From Verrucomicrobiales bacterium (GTDB taxonomy: Bacteria; Verrucomicrobiota; Verrucomicrobiia; Limisphaerales; JACDHS01): a DNA stretch of 61,163 bases. Positions 35,435 to 45,420 of the stretch are shown in pieces. How positions within the stretch are numbered: the stretch's first letter is position 1; each line of letters begins with the position of its first letter. The position numbers were made by a program, and so were the translations under genes. The notes below the pieces were generated by a model. That model searched no databases. It had not been told where the DNA came from and saw nothing but the letters and a program-made list of their open reading frames with translations. The stretch is from the NCBI GenBank assembly GCA_028293445.1, contig JAQGOU010000251.1, positions 1 through 61,163 on the forward strand. The letters run 5' to 3'.

Positions 35435-38092
35435 CTAATTATTCACATACGATAATTCCGTCCAGTTTCCACCATCCCAAATCAACGTCAGCGTATCACC
35501 CAGTCCCAACAGGCGCGACGCTGCACCAAGCTGGGTGTTGGCGCCGTCCGGTACAGTGACTGTGCCAGTAATATTGCCGCCTTGGAGAATCAAAATGCTG
35601 CCGGTAGCAGCGCCATTGGCAATCGCGGTCGTTGCGTTCAGAGTGACAGCCGTTGAACCGGAAAAGAGAACGTAACCGGTAGTGGGTGTCAGGGTAGCGG
35701 TATTGGTCGGAGACATCGAGGTGCGCGAGACGATCGGAAACCCATTGATAGTCACGTTGCCGGCGAAGGTTTCGGCGCCGTTATTCATGGCAACATTGGC
35801 GGAAAGGCGGCCATCGGCAATGGTTCCGATTAAATTAGTCGCGTTCAGATTAGTCAGACCGCCGGCGTTCCCGGTGAAATTGGTGCCCGTGATTCCGCCG
35901 GCACTGAAGCTGCCGCCCGCATCACGCTTTACAATTGTATTGGCCGTATTTGCGCTCGTCGCCGCATTGGCCGCGCTCGTGCCGCTCGCCACGTTCGCCG
36001 CAGTTTGTCCGCCCACGGTTGCAACCACTGTCGCTCCCTGCGTCCCGGTCACGTTACCACTGAGCGAACCGGTGAAATTGGCGGAGCTGACATTGGTCAA
36101 ACCGCTGCCATTACCGACGAAACTACCCGCCGTGAGAATTCCGCTAATGTTCAAGGTCGAGCCGGTGAAGTTGCCTTGCAAAGTGGCCGTGGTGGTTACT
36201 GTCGACAGCGTGTTGAACAATACCGTCATTGTGCTGTCATTATAATTGGCGCTGATTAAATCCACGTTGTTGTCGCCATTGACATCCGCAGCCAGGACTA
36301 AACGCGGGTCATCGCCGACGGTTGGTGAAGAGGCCAGCGTAAATCCGCCGACACCGTTGTTCGTAAACACAGAGAGCGTGTTCGCATTGGCGCCAATCAA
36401 GTCCACCTTGCCATCGCCGTTGACATCCGAGGCCGTGACCGGAGAACCCGCACTAAACGTGGAGTTCGATCCAAATGTGCCGCCACCATTGTTAGTCAGC
36501 ACCAGGACATTGTCGCCGAGATTGACACTGACCAAATCCATCTTGCCATCGCCGTTGACATCCGCGGTTGTGACCCAATTCGGGAAAGTCCCGATGACTG
36601 GAGAGGAATGAAGCACAAAGGTGCCAGTGCCAGTGCCAAACAATACTGAAAGGGTGTTGGAACCGTAATTCGAAGTGATCAAGTCAATTGTAGTATCTCC
36701 ATTGAGATCCGCCGCCGCCACGGAACTCGGGCTACTGCCGACAGTGGGCGAGGAGGCCAGCACAAAGATACCACCGCCTTTGTTGGTCAACACCGAGAGC
36801 GTGTTCGTGTTGCCATAGGAGCAGATTAAATCCATCTTGCTATCGCCATTCACATCCGCCGCTGTGACAGAATTGGGGAACGCCCCGACAGCCAGAGAGG
36901 AAGCTATCACAAATCCGCCGCTGCCGTTGTTGGTCAGCACGGAGAGCGTGGCAGCGTTGAAATTGGCACTGATCAAGTCCACCTTGCCATCGCCATTGAC
37001 ATCCGCCGCCGCGACCGAGTTCGCACCGGTGCCGACAGTTGGCGAGGATGCCAGCACAAATCCACCGCTCCCGTTATTCGTCAAGACCGAAAGCGTGTTG
37101 CCTGAAGCATTGCCAAAGTTTGCGCTGATCAAATCCACTTTGCCGTCCCCATTGACGTCCGCAGCTGCAGCCCAAACCGGACCAGTGCCGACGAGTGGCG
37201 CGGAGGCGATGGAAAAGCCCAATCCACCAACGGAGTTGGTGGTCAGAGTAATCGCATACGCAGGCAGAGCCGTCATCAGATTCACATTGGTCAGGCCTGC
37301 GCCGTTGCCGCTGAAATTTCCCGTGATTGTGCCCGCTGAGATGTTTCCAGATCCGTCGCGTTTCACAATCGTGCCGGGCGTGTTCGCGCTCGTCGCGGCG
37401 TTGGCTGCGCTCGCTCCGCTGGCCACATTCGCCGCGCTTTGTCCACCCACGGTCGACACCACAGTCGCTCCCTGCGTCCCGGTCACATTGCCAGCGAGCG
37501 AACCAGAGAAACTGGTGGCGGACGTCGCCGTGGTGGCGTTGCCGCTGATGTTGATATCTGCCGTGCCACTGGAAATGTTGCCTGCGTTCAAGGCAGTTAA
37601 TCCCGCGCCGTTGCCGGAAAACGAATTCGCCGTAACCGTCCCCGAAACATTCGGGCTGGCTGGCAGACTCGCATTGGCAATCGTCCCGCTCAACTGCGAC
37701 GCAGCCAATGTTCCCGTAAGAGTGGCGGCCGCGACCGCGTACGGCGTAGCGGTGATTTTCTGGCGTGGCGTCAGCGTCGTGAATCCGCCCGCGCCATTCG
37801 TCCGCACAGAAATTTCCAACCAACGGTCCGCTCCCGGAAAAGCGCCCACACCAAAATCCAAAGAAGCGGTGAAAAGGCCGTTCGTCACAGCAACCGCCGT
37901 GCTCGTGAGCGTGCCACCAATTTGGTTTCCGGCGCTGAGAGCATCCTGCAACGAAAATTGTAAGTCGTAGTTTCCGCTCGCTGCCGCGCCGTTGGCGTTT
38001 AACCGGCCTTGATAAGTAAACGCTGTTGTTTGGGCGTGGACAGTCCCGCAGAACAGAGATACGAGCAGGACCTGGAGGATTTTAGTTTTCAT
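35435..38092 (-). CDS. Secreted FG-GAP/VCBS repeat (integrin-alpha-like propeller) protein flanked by tail-fibre-like Gly/Ala/Thr-rich segments
   Basis: Signal peptide MKTKILQVLLVSLFCGTVHA, then FTYQGRLNANGAAASGNYDLQF. At least 7 repeats of A(A/T)DVNGD(G/S)K(V/M)DLI(S/C). Two about 70-aa segments, GNVTGTQGATVV.TVGGQ.AANVASG.SAANAATSANT..TIVKRD..G..SAG.ITG, lie before and after the propeller. Confidence 0.8.
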   Translation of the reverse strand: MKTKILQVLLVSLFCGTVHAQTTAFTYQGRLNANGAAASGNYDLQFSLQDALSAGNQIGGTLTSTAVAVTNGLFTASLDFGVGAFPGADRWLEISVRTNGAGGFTTLTPRQKITATPYAVAAATLTGTLAASQLSGTIANASLPASPNVSGTVTANSFSGNGAGLTALNAGNISSGTADINISGNATTATSATSFSGSLAGNVTGTQGATVVSTVGGQSAANVASGASAANAATSANTPGTIVKRDGSGNISAGTITGNFSGNGAGLTNVNLMTALPAYAITLTTNSVGGLGFSIASAPLVGTGPVWAAAADVNGDGKVDLISANFGNASGNTLSVLTNNGSGGFVLASSPTVGTGANSVAAADVNGDGKVDLISANFNAATLSVLTNNGSGGFVIASSLAVGAFPNSVTAADVNGDSKMDLICSYGNTNTLSVLTNKGGGIFVLASSPTVGSSPSSVAAADLNGDTTIDLITSNYGSNTLSVLFGTGTGTFVLHSSPVIGTFPNWVTTADVNGDGKMDLVSVNLGDNVLVLTNNGGGTFGSNSTFSAGSPVTASDVNGDGKVDLIGANANTLSVFTNNGVGGFTLASSPTVGDDPRLVLAADVNGDNNVDLISANYNDSTMTVLFNTLSTVTTTATLQGNFTGSTLNISGILTAGSFVGNGSGLTNVSSANFTGSLSGNVTGTQGATVVATVGGQTAANVASGTSAANAATSANTANTIVKRDAGGSFSAGGITGTNFTGNAGGLTNLNATNLIGTIADGRLSANVAMNNGAETFAGNVTINGFPIVSRTSMSPTNTATLTPTTGYVLFSGSTAVTLNATTAIANGAATGSILILQGGNITGTVTVPDGANTQLGAASRLLGLGDTLTLIWDGGNWTELSYVNN

Positions 38093-38354
38093 GCCTGAAA
38101 TACTTTCGTCAAAAGCAATTACCCAATGACCCGGGATGGACGGTTCTAAAGGAAGTTGCTACCGCGAGTGAAACAGAATGACTAATGATCGCAATCAAGA
38201 ACGAAAATTCTTTTCTTTGCGTTGACCACTTAAACCCCCAATGCAATCAGCCCTTGTCCCATCGTTGCGTCAATACCATTTTCTTCCTCGCCTGAAACCG
38301 TTTGAAGCGAGGGATTTGAACGGGAACTTAAAACGGCTTATAGACGAAGAGGGG

Positions 38355-39938
38355 TTACCTGCCGGCGGCAATTTGAGTCAATGCGGGGAGGAAATCTCCC
38401 AAAGCAACCGGATCCGAACCCCGCGTCCCCATGGAAAAGTAAAGTCGCCGATAAAGAAGAAACAACTTTTCGTAGATAGCGACGGCTTCCGGTTGTGGTG
38501 TGACGGTCCGATACGGTGGACACAAAGATTTCTGCGCCTCTTCGACCGTCTTGAAAACGCCTCCCGCAAGGAACGCAAAAATCCCAGAACCGAGACCGGT
38601 GATTTCCTGCGTCGGGACAAGCACCGGTTTATTGAACACGTTCGCGTAAACCTGGTTCAAGGTTTCATTCTTTTGAGGAATGCCACCACCATGAATGACT
38701 CGCTCGATGGGCACCCCATGTTCCGCGACGCGTTCAAGAATGATTCGGGTGTGGAATGCGGTGCCTTCGATCGCCGCAAATAATTCATCCTGTGCAGTGT
38801 GGAGAAGATTCCAACCAAACGTCACGCCACCGAGCGCTGGGTTGGACAACACATTGCGATCGCCATTATCCCAGGTCATTCGCAACAAACCCGTTTGACC
38901 GGCACGAAACGTTTCGAGCCCACGCGACAGTTCGCTCACGCTGGTGTCCGCTCGTCTCGCAATTGCTTCAAAAATATCCCCGACCGCCGAAAGCCCCGCT
39001 TCGATCCCGGCGTAATGCGGATGAACGGAGCCTTGCACGACACCAAACACGCCCGGAATCGGAATCGCTTCTTTAACAATGGCCATGACGCAGGTGGAGG
39101 TGCCGACCACATTCACGACGTCGCCAACCGAGATGCCCGCGCCGATCGCATCCCAATGCGCATCGATCGCGCCGACAGGAATCGGAATGCCCGCACGAAG
39201 TCCGAGGTTATCCGCCCATTCCGGAGAAAGGTGACCGGCAATTTTGTCTGAAGTCGCATAGCAGCCGCCGAGTTGTTTGCGAACACCTGCGAGGAGCGGA
39301 TCGAGTTGGCTGAGAAATTTTTCCGGAGGCAGTCCGCCAAGATCGGCGTTCCACATCCATTTGTGTCCGGCGGCGCAAACGCTGCGCTGCAACGATGAGA
39401 TATCCTTCACGCCGGTGAGCGAAGCCAAAGCCAGATCACAATGTTCAATCATCGTCGCGAATTGAGCCCGCTTCGCCGGGTTGTTCCGCAGCCAGTGCAA
39501 CAACTTGGGCAGAGCCATCTCGGAGGAACATGCCCCGCCACTCCATGGCAACGCTGGAAGATTTTCGCGACGCGCCAAATTGGCGATTTCTTCGGCTTCC
39601 TTTTTTCCGCGGTGATCGCACCAGAGATAATAATCATCCAGCGGACGCAACTGTTCATCCACCGGCACGACTGTTGAACCCGTGGTCGCAATCGCCAGAG
39701 CCAGAACCTCACGCCCCGCCACGTTGGCATTCGCCAGCGCATCCCGCATCGCGGCCACCATTGCCTGCATGTGGTCTTCATGCCGTTGCGAGGCGTGATC
39801 GGGATTTTCTTTTTTCCGAGAAAGCGGATACGAAGCCGTGGCCGAACCGAGCTTTCCCTTTTCGCTGTCGAAAAGAGAGACGCGAACGCTCAACGTTCCA
39901 AAATCAATTCCTGCGACAATAGGCATTTCGTCGCGCAT
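38355..39938 (-). CDS. FGGY-family carbohydrate kinase, ribulokinase-like
   Basis: N-terminal VAGIDFGTLSVR, ATTGSTVVPVD, YYLWCDHRG..EAEEI, and C-terminal HGGGIPQKNE.LNQVYANVFNKPV.. resemble AraB-type kinases. The start may be 39938 or 39926. Confidence 0.7.
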   Translation of the reverse strand: MRDEMPIVAGIDFGTLSVRVSLFDSEKGKLGSATASYPLSRKKENPDHASQRHEDHMQAMVAAMRDALANANVAGREVLALAIATTGSTVVPVDEQLRPLDDYYLWCDHRGKKEAEEIANLARRENLPALPWSGGACSSEMALPKLLHWLRNNPAKRAQFATMIEHCDLALASLTGVKDISSLQRSVCAAGHKWMWNADLGGLPPEKFLSQLDPLLAGVRKQLGGCYATSDKIAGHLSPEWADNLGLRAGIPIPVGAIDAHWDAIGAGISVGDVVNVVGTSTCVMAIVKEAIPIPGVFGVVQGSVHPHYAGIEAGLSAVGDIFEAIARRADTSVSELSRGLETFRAGQTGLLRMTWDNGDRNVLSNPALGGVTFGWNLLHTAQDELFAAIEGTAFHTRIILERVAEHGVPIERVIHGGGIPQKNETLNQVYANVFNKPVLVPTQEITGLGSGIFAFLAGGVFKTVEEAQKSLCPPYRTVTPQPEAVAIYEKLFLLYRRLYFSMGTRGSDPVALGDFLPALTQIAAGR

Positions 39939-40047
39939 ATATGCCGTGAAAAATTAAATTTGGCGATTGAATAGACGTTTTCGAGGGCGAGTTGTGACCG
40001 ACACCATTTGCTATTGTGGTTTGTGTTACCTCACCTATGTTCGAGGT

Positions 40048-41319
40048 ATGAAATGGGGAATGAAACAAACTGGGGCTGCCGTTTTCTTTTGCCTGCTTAT
40101 TACCCTTTTCGCCCAGCAGTGGATCGTCCGGTCGCCGGATAATTCGCCGACAGTTTCTACGAATCAGGTCCGGATCGCGTTGCCACGTCCCGCTAAAATC
40201 AGGGCGCCTCAGCTCGTTCCGGCCGCAAGTATGGAAGCCGAGGATTCCGAGCCGAAAGCCATCAATCACACGCCACTTCCAAAAGCTCCGGTCGTCGCCG
40301 TTGAGACCCATCCGGGAGCTGAGCCGCCCGCAGAATTACTTGAACGCGCAAGAAATGGGGAAGCCAGCGCTCAACGTGATCTGGGCAAATTTTATAATGA
40401 CCATGGAAATATCGAAGAAGCCAACGTCTGGTATGTAAAAGCCGCTGAGCAAGGCGACGCTGAGGCCCAACGGATCATGGGCATCCGCTATACCTTTGGA
40501 CAAGGAGTGGAACGTGACATGAAGGAAGCCGGCAAATGGTTTTTGCTCGCCGCACAACAAGGCGATGTCATTGCTCAACGTGAACTCGGAAAAGTTTATG
40601 GCGACCAATGGAAGTATACCGAATCGAACGAGTGGTATTTGAAAGCGGCCCTGCAAGGCGACGCCGAGGCGCAACGCATCCTGGGACTTCGTTACACCAT
40701 CGGCCAGGGCGTCGCGAGCAATCGTGAAGAGGCCGTGAAATGGTTTACCATGGCGGCAAACCAGGGCGATCCCGTCGCGCAACGGGAACTGGGAAAATAT
40801 TACGGCGAGAAATGGCAGCTTCCAGAATCCAACGAATGGTATTTGAAAGCTGCCTCGCAAGGAGACATCCGGGCGCAGCACATGATGGGTGTGCGTTATA
40901 CTTTCGGACAAGGCGTGGAACGCAATATCGAAGAGGCCGGCAAATGGTTTCTGCTTGCCGCCGAACAAGGCGACGCGCAGTCGCAATACAGCATCGGTTT
41001 GCGTTGGGCTCGTGGTGAAGCAGGCGAACCGAAGGATTTTGCGGAAGCCGCGAAATGGTTCCGACTCTCCGCTGAACAAGGTTTGGACGAGGCGCAACTC
41101 CGTCTTGGCCAGCGCTACGCTGAAGGCAGCGGCGTAAAACAAGATTTCGTTGAAGCCTATAAGTGGCTGACGCTCGCGCAGACTCAGGGAAAAGTGCAAG
41201 GCGCGGGAACTTTTCTGGACACGATCCGACCGCAGATGACACCAGAACAAATTGCGGAAGCACAGGAGCAGGTGAAGGCATTCGTCGCAAAGCCACCGGC
41301 TCCGATCAAACCGCAGTAA
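40048..41319 (+). CDS. Sel1-like (SLR/TPR) repeat protein with an N-terminal anchor
   Basis: At least 7 repeats of the pattern (A/S)(E/V)AQ..LG..Y..G.GV..(D/N)..EA.KW(F)..AA.QGD. The track start at 39967 is TTG; ATG at 40048 (MKWGMKQTGAAVFFCLLITLFA) or 40060. Confidence 0.85.
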   Translation: MKWGMKQTGAAVFFCLLITLFAQQWIVRSPDNSPTVSTNQVRIALPRPAKIRAPQLVPAASMEAEDSEPKAINHTPLPKAPVVAVETHPGAEPPAELLERARNGEASAQRDLGKFYNDHGNIEEANVWYVKAAEQGDAEAQRIMGIRYTFGQGVERDMKEAGKWFLLAAQQGDVIAQRELGKVYGDQWKYTESNEWYLKAALQGDAEAQRILGLRYTIGQGVASNREEAVKWFTMAANQGDPVAQRELGKYYGEKWQLPESNEWYLKAASQGDIRAQHMMGVRYTFGQGVERNIEEAGKWFLLAAEQGDAQSQYSIGLRWARGEAGEPKDFAEAAKWFRLSAEQGLDEAQLRLGQRYAEGSGVKQDFVEAYKWLTLAQTQGKVQGAGTFLDTIRPQMTPEQIAEAQEQVKAFVAKPPAPIKPQ

Positions 41320-41329
41320 AATGAACGGC

Positions 41330-43087
41330 CTATTTGGGCCGTTTTTCCTGTGATTCTTTGAACAAAGCAAACAACGTTTTCGGTGCGACGACTTCGATAT
41401 TCAAATCAGGATATTTGCGATGCAACGCCGCCACCGCTTCGGCGATGGTCGATGGATTCACCCAGACGCAGCGGAAGAAATAAAATCCCGGCGTAACATT
41501 CCTGCGACCTCTGATCGCGTTCGCCATGACATCAGCGAGTGGCTCGGGATCCTTGGTGTTACACGTGTCATTGATCAGTTCCAGGATCGGCATCCCTTTC
41601 CAAACCTGCGGCGCTGGATAGGTGGCGCGTCCCCCGTTTACATCCGCGACGATCGTGGCGTAACCGTCAGGCGCGAATTGTTGAAACGCATCCTTCACTT
41701 CAGGCGTCGGCTGGTCGCGGTCCAGCACCATGGGCGCCATGGTCATGTCGGCTTCGTGGAAGAACTGTTGATTGTGTCGAACGAACAACGGCAGATATTC
41801 CTTTCGAATGCGATTGGGATTCATATAGCCCGCAGCGCTGGCGTCGGCGGTGAACGTGTCGGCGGTTGAAGCGGTTTCGTAAAAATAGGAAATGATGTCT
41901 GGATACGTTTCGAGCTGATTCGGATTGATGCCCCACGCCAGCGGAGTTTTTTCGCGGTTGGCGCCTTGCCAATGCTTAGGGAGAAAATCGTAGAGCGGCG
42001 TCGCGGAATCGTAATCCGCCATCAGAATCGAAATGTAAGCTTTCTTCTCTAAGGCCACCGGCTTCGGGTTGCTCCGTTGTTTGAGTTGTTTCCGCGGAAA
42101 TTGACTGTGCAACGATTGATTGAAGCAATCGCTAGAGATCGTGTTCTGATAACAATTAAACGGAGACATCAGCCAGACGCTTTCCCATTCGGTCGGCACC
42201 TCTTTGTGAGCGCTCGGGTGGTTTGGTTGCTCCGAATATTTGGCGAAAGCAAAGAATCCGGTTAACTCCGTCATGTGTTCTCCAGCGGCCTGACGGAGCG
42301 TTTCGGCCAGGATCAGATTGTAGGTCTCCAGGTCGAGGCCAAGACGTTGCGTGAGATCATCTCCCGGCTTCTCATCGCCCCAAGGCGAAAGATCAAAAAC
42401 AAACGCACGATTCTTCACCGCCCAATCACGCGTCAGCACATAGCTGATGTCGCCCTTGGCACGAGTGGTAAATGCATCTTCAAAAAGACAAAGCAGGCGC
42501 GAGGAACATTTTCCCTTCGCCAAATATTCCCGAATCGCCCAACGATACGCATCGTTCTTTTTGCTCCCCGTTTCTGCGCCGGTAAATTTGCCGCGCAGAT
42601 CGACAAGAACTTTCAGTCGCCATTTAGCGCGATACTGATCCGCCAGTTCCGGACTGAGGACCACCGCATCATGAACACCAGCGATCGTGGTGGCGACGTT
42701 GACCGTCGCTGGAACGGCGGGATCCCAGATGATCACCCCTTTGAGCCGCTTTCCCGCGAGCTTCACAATTGCGCCGAGATCGGACAGCGGCATCTGCTTC
42801 CGTCCCTGCAGCCAGCGTCCATCCTTCGACAACACATCCAGCCAGAATTGAGGACGCGTGTTCGTGCGCGACAGCACGTAAAGTTCCGGTGCCGTCCGAT
42901 TGATGATCCCCTGCAATGAAGCCACGGCCAACGATTCGTCGTAGGAAGCCGCCGTGCCGTTTGATGACAACGTATAAGTGTAAAGCGGTTTGCTTGTATT
43001 CGCAGTGCGGGTCTGAGCAACGCTGTTTTCAGCGCGGCCCAACCAAACGGACATCAGCAGAGTGAAGAGAACAAACTTCTGGGTCAT
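41330..43087 (-). CDS. Putative glycoside hydrolase of the GxGYxYP family (secreted)
   Basis: Signal peptide MTQKFVLFTLLMSVWLGRAENSVA. N-terminal block LAVASLQGIINR..P.LY, a later W.....F.FDLS motif, and SAAGYMNP matching the GxGYxYP signature loosely. Assignment is from memory of PF14323/PF16216. Confidence 0.55.
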   Translation of the reverse strand: MTQKFVLFTLLMSVWLGRAENSVAQTRTANTSKPLYTYTLSSNGTAASYDESLAVASLQGIINRTAPELYVLSRTNTRPQFWLDVLSKDGRWLQGRKQMPLSDLGAIVKLAGKRLKGVIIWDPAVPATVNVATTIAGVHDAVVLSPELADQYRAKWRLKVLVDLRGKFTGAETGSKKNDAYRWAIREYLAKGKCSSRLLCLFEDAFTTRAKGDISYVLTRDWAVKNRAFVFDLSPWGDEKPGDDLTQRLGLDLETYNLILAETLRQAAGEHMTELTGFFAFAKYSEQPNHPSAHKEVPTEWESVWLMSPFNCYQNTISSDCFNQSLHSQFPRKQLKQRSNPKPVALEKKAYISILMADYDSATPLYDFLPKHWQGANREKTPLAWGINPNQLETYPDIISYFYETASTADTFTADASAAGYMNPNRIRKEYLPLFVRHNQQFFHEADMTMAPMVLDRDQPTPEVKDAFQQFAPDGYATIVADVNGGRATYPAPQVWKGMPILELINDTCNTKDPEPLADVMANAIRGRRNVTPGFYFFRCVWVNPSTIAEAVAALHRKYPDLNIEVVAPKTLFALFKESQEKRPK

Positions 43088-43225
43088 AGAATGATTTGAA
43101 TTGGGTTTTGCAGTCGTGGCAATTCATTTTCCGATTTGCCAAACTTGTCGATAGTACGCTTTTCCGGCAATGCCGTTCGCAAATAGGTGTTGCGCTCGCT
43201 GTGAATCCTGAAAACAATTCGGACC

Positions 43226-43957
43226 ATGGAAGATTCGATCTCCCCTACCTACACCGGCAAAATCCATCCGCCATACTCAGACCAGATTTCTTTATTGAAA
43301 ACCACAAGCGCCAGTTCGAAGGCTGGTAAGATTTTCTACGCTGTTTTAGGGTCGGCGCTCATCGCAGGAATCGTTTGGTTCATTCTCATGCTCTTCTTTT
43401 GGAAATGGTCGACATATGCCGCGATTGCAGCTGGGTTATACTTCCTCATTGCGACGATTCGAAGTATGCTCAAATCGCAGTGTGCGTCCTGTCCGTATTG
43501 CGGCTTTGAAGTAGGATCTAAATCGCTGTTGCAGTTGTCACTTAACGACAAAGATCTTCAATTTGCCTGCGAGCGTTGTTACGAATGGCTGGTCAGCGAT
43601 GCGAGCAAAGTTCGCGCTTTTCGTGAGACAGATGTTGGCAGTAAAAAGGAGTTTGACTGCCCTGTAATCGCCAACGGCGTCTGGCCGAATGAGTGCATTG
43701 TGTGCGGAGCGGAAGCCACACAACGATTGAGCGCGAGGACGTTTGGCGTTGGTTTATCCAGCCTGCTGATCGGTCGGCTCTCGGTTTCATACGGTTCCGT
43801 CAAAAATATCCCATATTGTGCCGCCCACACGGATGCAATCTCGGTCAAAGACAGTGATAACAAGCTCTGGGCTGTCTTCAATGATTACAGTGCGCGCCGC
43901 CGCTACTTGTACGTGAACAAGCTTCAATTCGCGGGAAGACAAAAAAATCGAGCTTAG
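43226..43957 (+). CDS. Hypothetical membrane protein with a Cys-rich (zinc-ribbon-like) C-terminal domain
   Basis: Two TM helices (IFYAVLGSALIAGIVWFILMLFFW, AAIAAGLYFLIATI), then CASCPYCG..CERC..CPV..CIVCG..YCAAH. Confidence 0.55.
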   Translation: MEDSISPTYTGKIHPPYSDQISLLKTTSASSKAGKIFYAVLGSALIAGIVWFILMLFFWKWSTYAAIAAGLYFLIATIRSMLKSQCASCPYCGFEVGSKSLLQLSLNDKDLQFACERCYEWLVSDASKVRAFRETDVGSKKEFDCPVIANGVWPNECIVCGAEATQRLSARTFGVGLSSLLIGRLSVSYGSVKNIPYCAAHTDAISVKDSDNKLWAVFNDYSARRRYLYVNKLQFAGRQKNRA

Positions 43958-44116
43958 AAGAGAGCATTCTCGGATTTCAACGGTTTGGTTCGCGGCAGAC
44001 TCAAACACCAACTGAGCCTTCATTGGTGATTTTTATATTAACTTTGTCATACGCCCTTTCGTGACGGAATTCATCACGGACTTGTCTCCCGCCGCACTCC
44101 GTGCAAAATCCTATTC

Positions 44117-45325
44117 GTGAACTTTCCCAAATACCTGCTCATTGCCCTGCTCTGCCTCTTTTGCAATTGGGAGGCTCACGCGTTGCCCGCAACAAACAGC
44201 GTGATTCAAATCGATACCAATTTCCCCAGCGGCAACATCATCGTGGAGAAGATTGAAGGTGATACTATCACTGTGCATCAAGATCGTCGCGATACGGAGG
44301 GTTATTGGTTTTATTGGTGCTTTCGCGTCCGCGGTGCGGCGGGCAAAACGCTCACGTTCAACTTCACCGACGGCTCTCCCATTGGCGTGCGCGGTCCTGG
44401 GGTTTCAATTGATGAAGGCGCGAGTTGGACGTGGCTTGGAAAACAGCCGACGATGAAATCGTTCATATATTCGTTTCCAGCCACGGCGGAGTCGGTGCGC
44501 TTTTCTTTTGGGATGCCTTACACCGAGGCGACTCTGAAAACGTTTCTCGCGCGCATCGGCTCGAATCGCGCGTTGAAACACGAAACGCTTTGCTTAAGCC
44601 GAAAAGGTCGTGCGGTCGAACGATTGCGCGTCGGAAAGATCAAGGGTGAACCCAAGTTCCGCGCGCTCGTGACCTGCCGCGCACATTGTTGCGAGATGAT
44701 GACGTCGTATGTCGCCGAAGGTTTGATCGAAGCCGTATTGGCCAAGGACAAGGAAGGAGAATGGTTTCGTAACAATGTGGAACTGCTCGTGATTCCGTTC
44801 GTGGACAAGGACGGCGTTGAAGATGGTGACCAAGGGAAGAACCGGCGTCCGCGCGACCACAATCGCGACTACGGGACGAACAGCATTTATCCGGAGACGC
44901 GTGCCATCAAGGATTTCGCGACGCAATGGTCAAAAGGCAAACTCCGTTTCGCCCTCGATTTACATTGCCCAAATGTTCGCGGCAGCGTCAACGAAACGAT
45001 CTATATCGTTGGTAGCGAGAATCCGAAGACGTGGCAGGAACAGGAGCGGTTTGGCGCCATTTTAGAGAAGGTCCAGAACGGTCCGCTCGTGTATAAAGCG
45101 TCGAATAATCTTCCATTCGGCACGAGTTGGAACGCGCCCGCGAACTTCACCGCCGGAACCAGCGGTTCCCGTTGGGCGGCGCAAGTGCCCGGGGTAAAAC
45201 TGGGCACAACCATTGAGTTTCCTTACGCCAACGCCTCGGACGGCGAAGTCAACGCCAACACCGGACGCGCCTTCGGGCATGACCTGGCCCGTGCGATTCG
45301 CGGATACCTTGAGGCAACGCCATAG
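44117..45325 (+). CDS. M14-family zinc carboxypeptidase-like protein (secreted)
   Basis: The GTG start gives the signal peptide MNFPKYLLIALLCLFCNWEAHA. HxxE zinc motif in RAHCCEMMTSY; VIPFVDKDGVEDGDQGKNR..DHNRDY; a second His in LDLHCP. Confidence 0.7.
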   Translation: MNFPKYLLIALLCLFCNWEAHALPATNSVIQIDTNFPSGNIIVEKIEGDTITVHQDRRDTEGYWFYWCFRVRGAAGKTLTFNFTDGSPIGVRGPGVSIDEGASWTWLGKQPTMKSFIYSFPATAESVRFSFGMPYTEATLKTFLARIGSNRALKHETLCLSRKGRAVERLRVGKIKGEPKFRALVTCRAHCCEMMTSYVAEGLIEAVLAKDKEGEWFRNNVELLVIPFVDKDGVEDGDQGKNRRPRDHNRDYGTNSIYPETRAIKDFATQWSKGKLRFALDLHCPNVRGSVNETIYIVGSENPKTWQEQERFGAILEKVQNGPLVYKASNNLPFGTSWNAPANFTAGTSGSRWAAQVPGVKLGTTIEFPYANASDGEVNANTGRAFGHDLARAIRGYLEATP

Positions 45326-45420
45326 AAGCTTGCCTGAATCGAACGCTCGGATAGGGAGCGCGTCAGCCCGAAGTTCCGGAAGTTGCATCACGCTAAGGTC
45401 GTAGTTTCTATGACCGAAAA

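Noticed and set aside
36837-37970. Long antisense ORFs inside real genes (36837..37970 +, 7553..8389 +, 23566..24495 -, 40336..41370 -, 54695..55678 +, 46544..47350 -, 47833..48573 +, 11355..11879 -)
   Set aside because: These are shadow frames opposite strongly supported genes. Their translations are low-complexity (Pro/Arg/Ala-rich) with no motifs.
35435-38092. Prophage remnant, suggested by tail-fibre-like motifs in the FG-GAP protein
   Set aside because: The window has no other phage genes (integrase, capsid, terminase or baseplate). The protein has a Sec signal peptide and cellular-type FG-GAP repeats.
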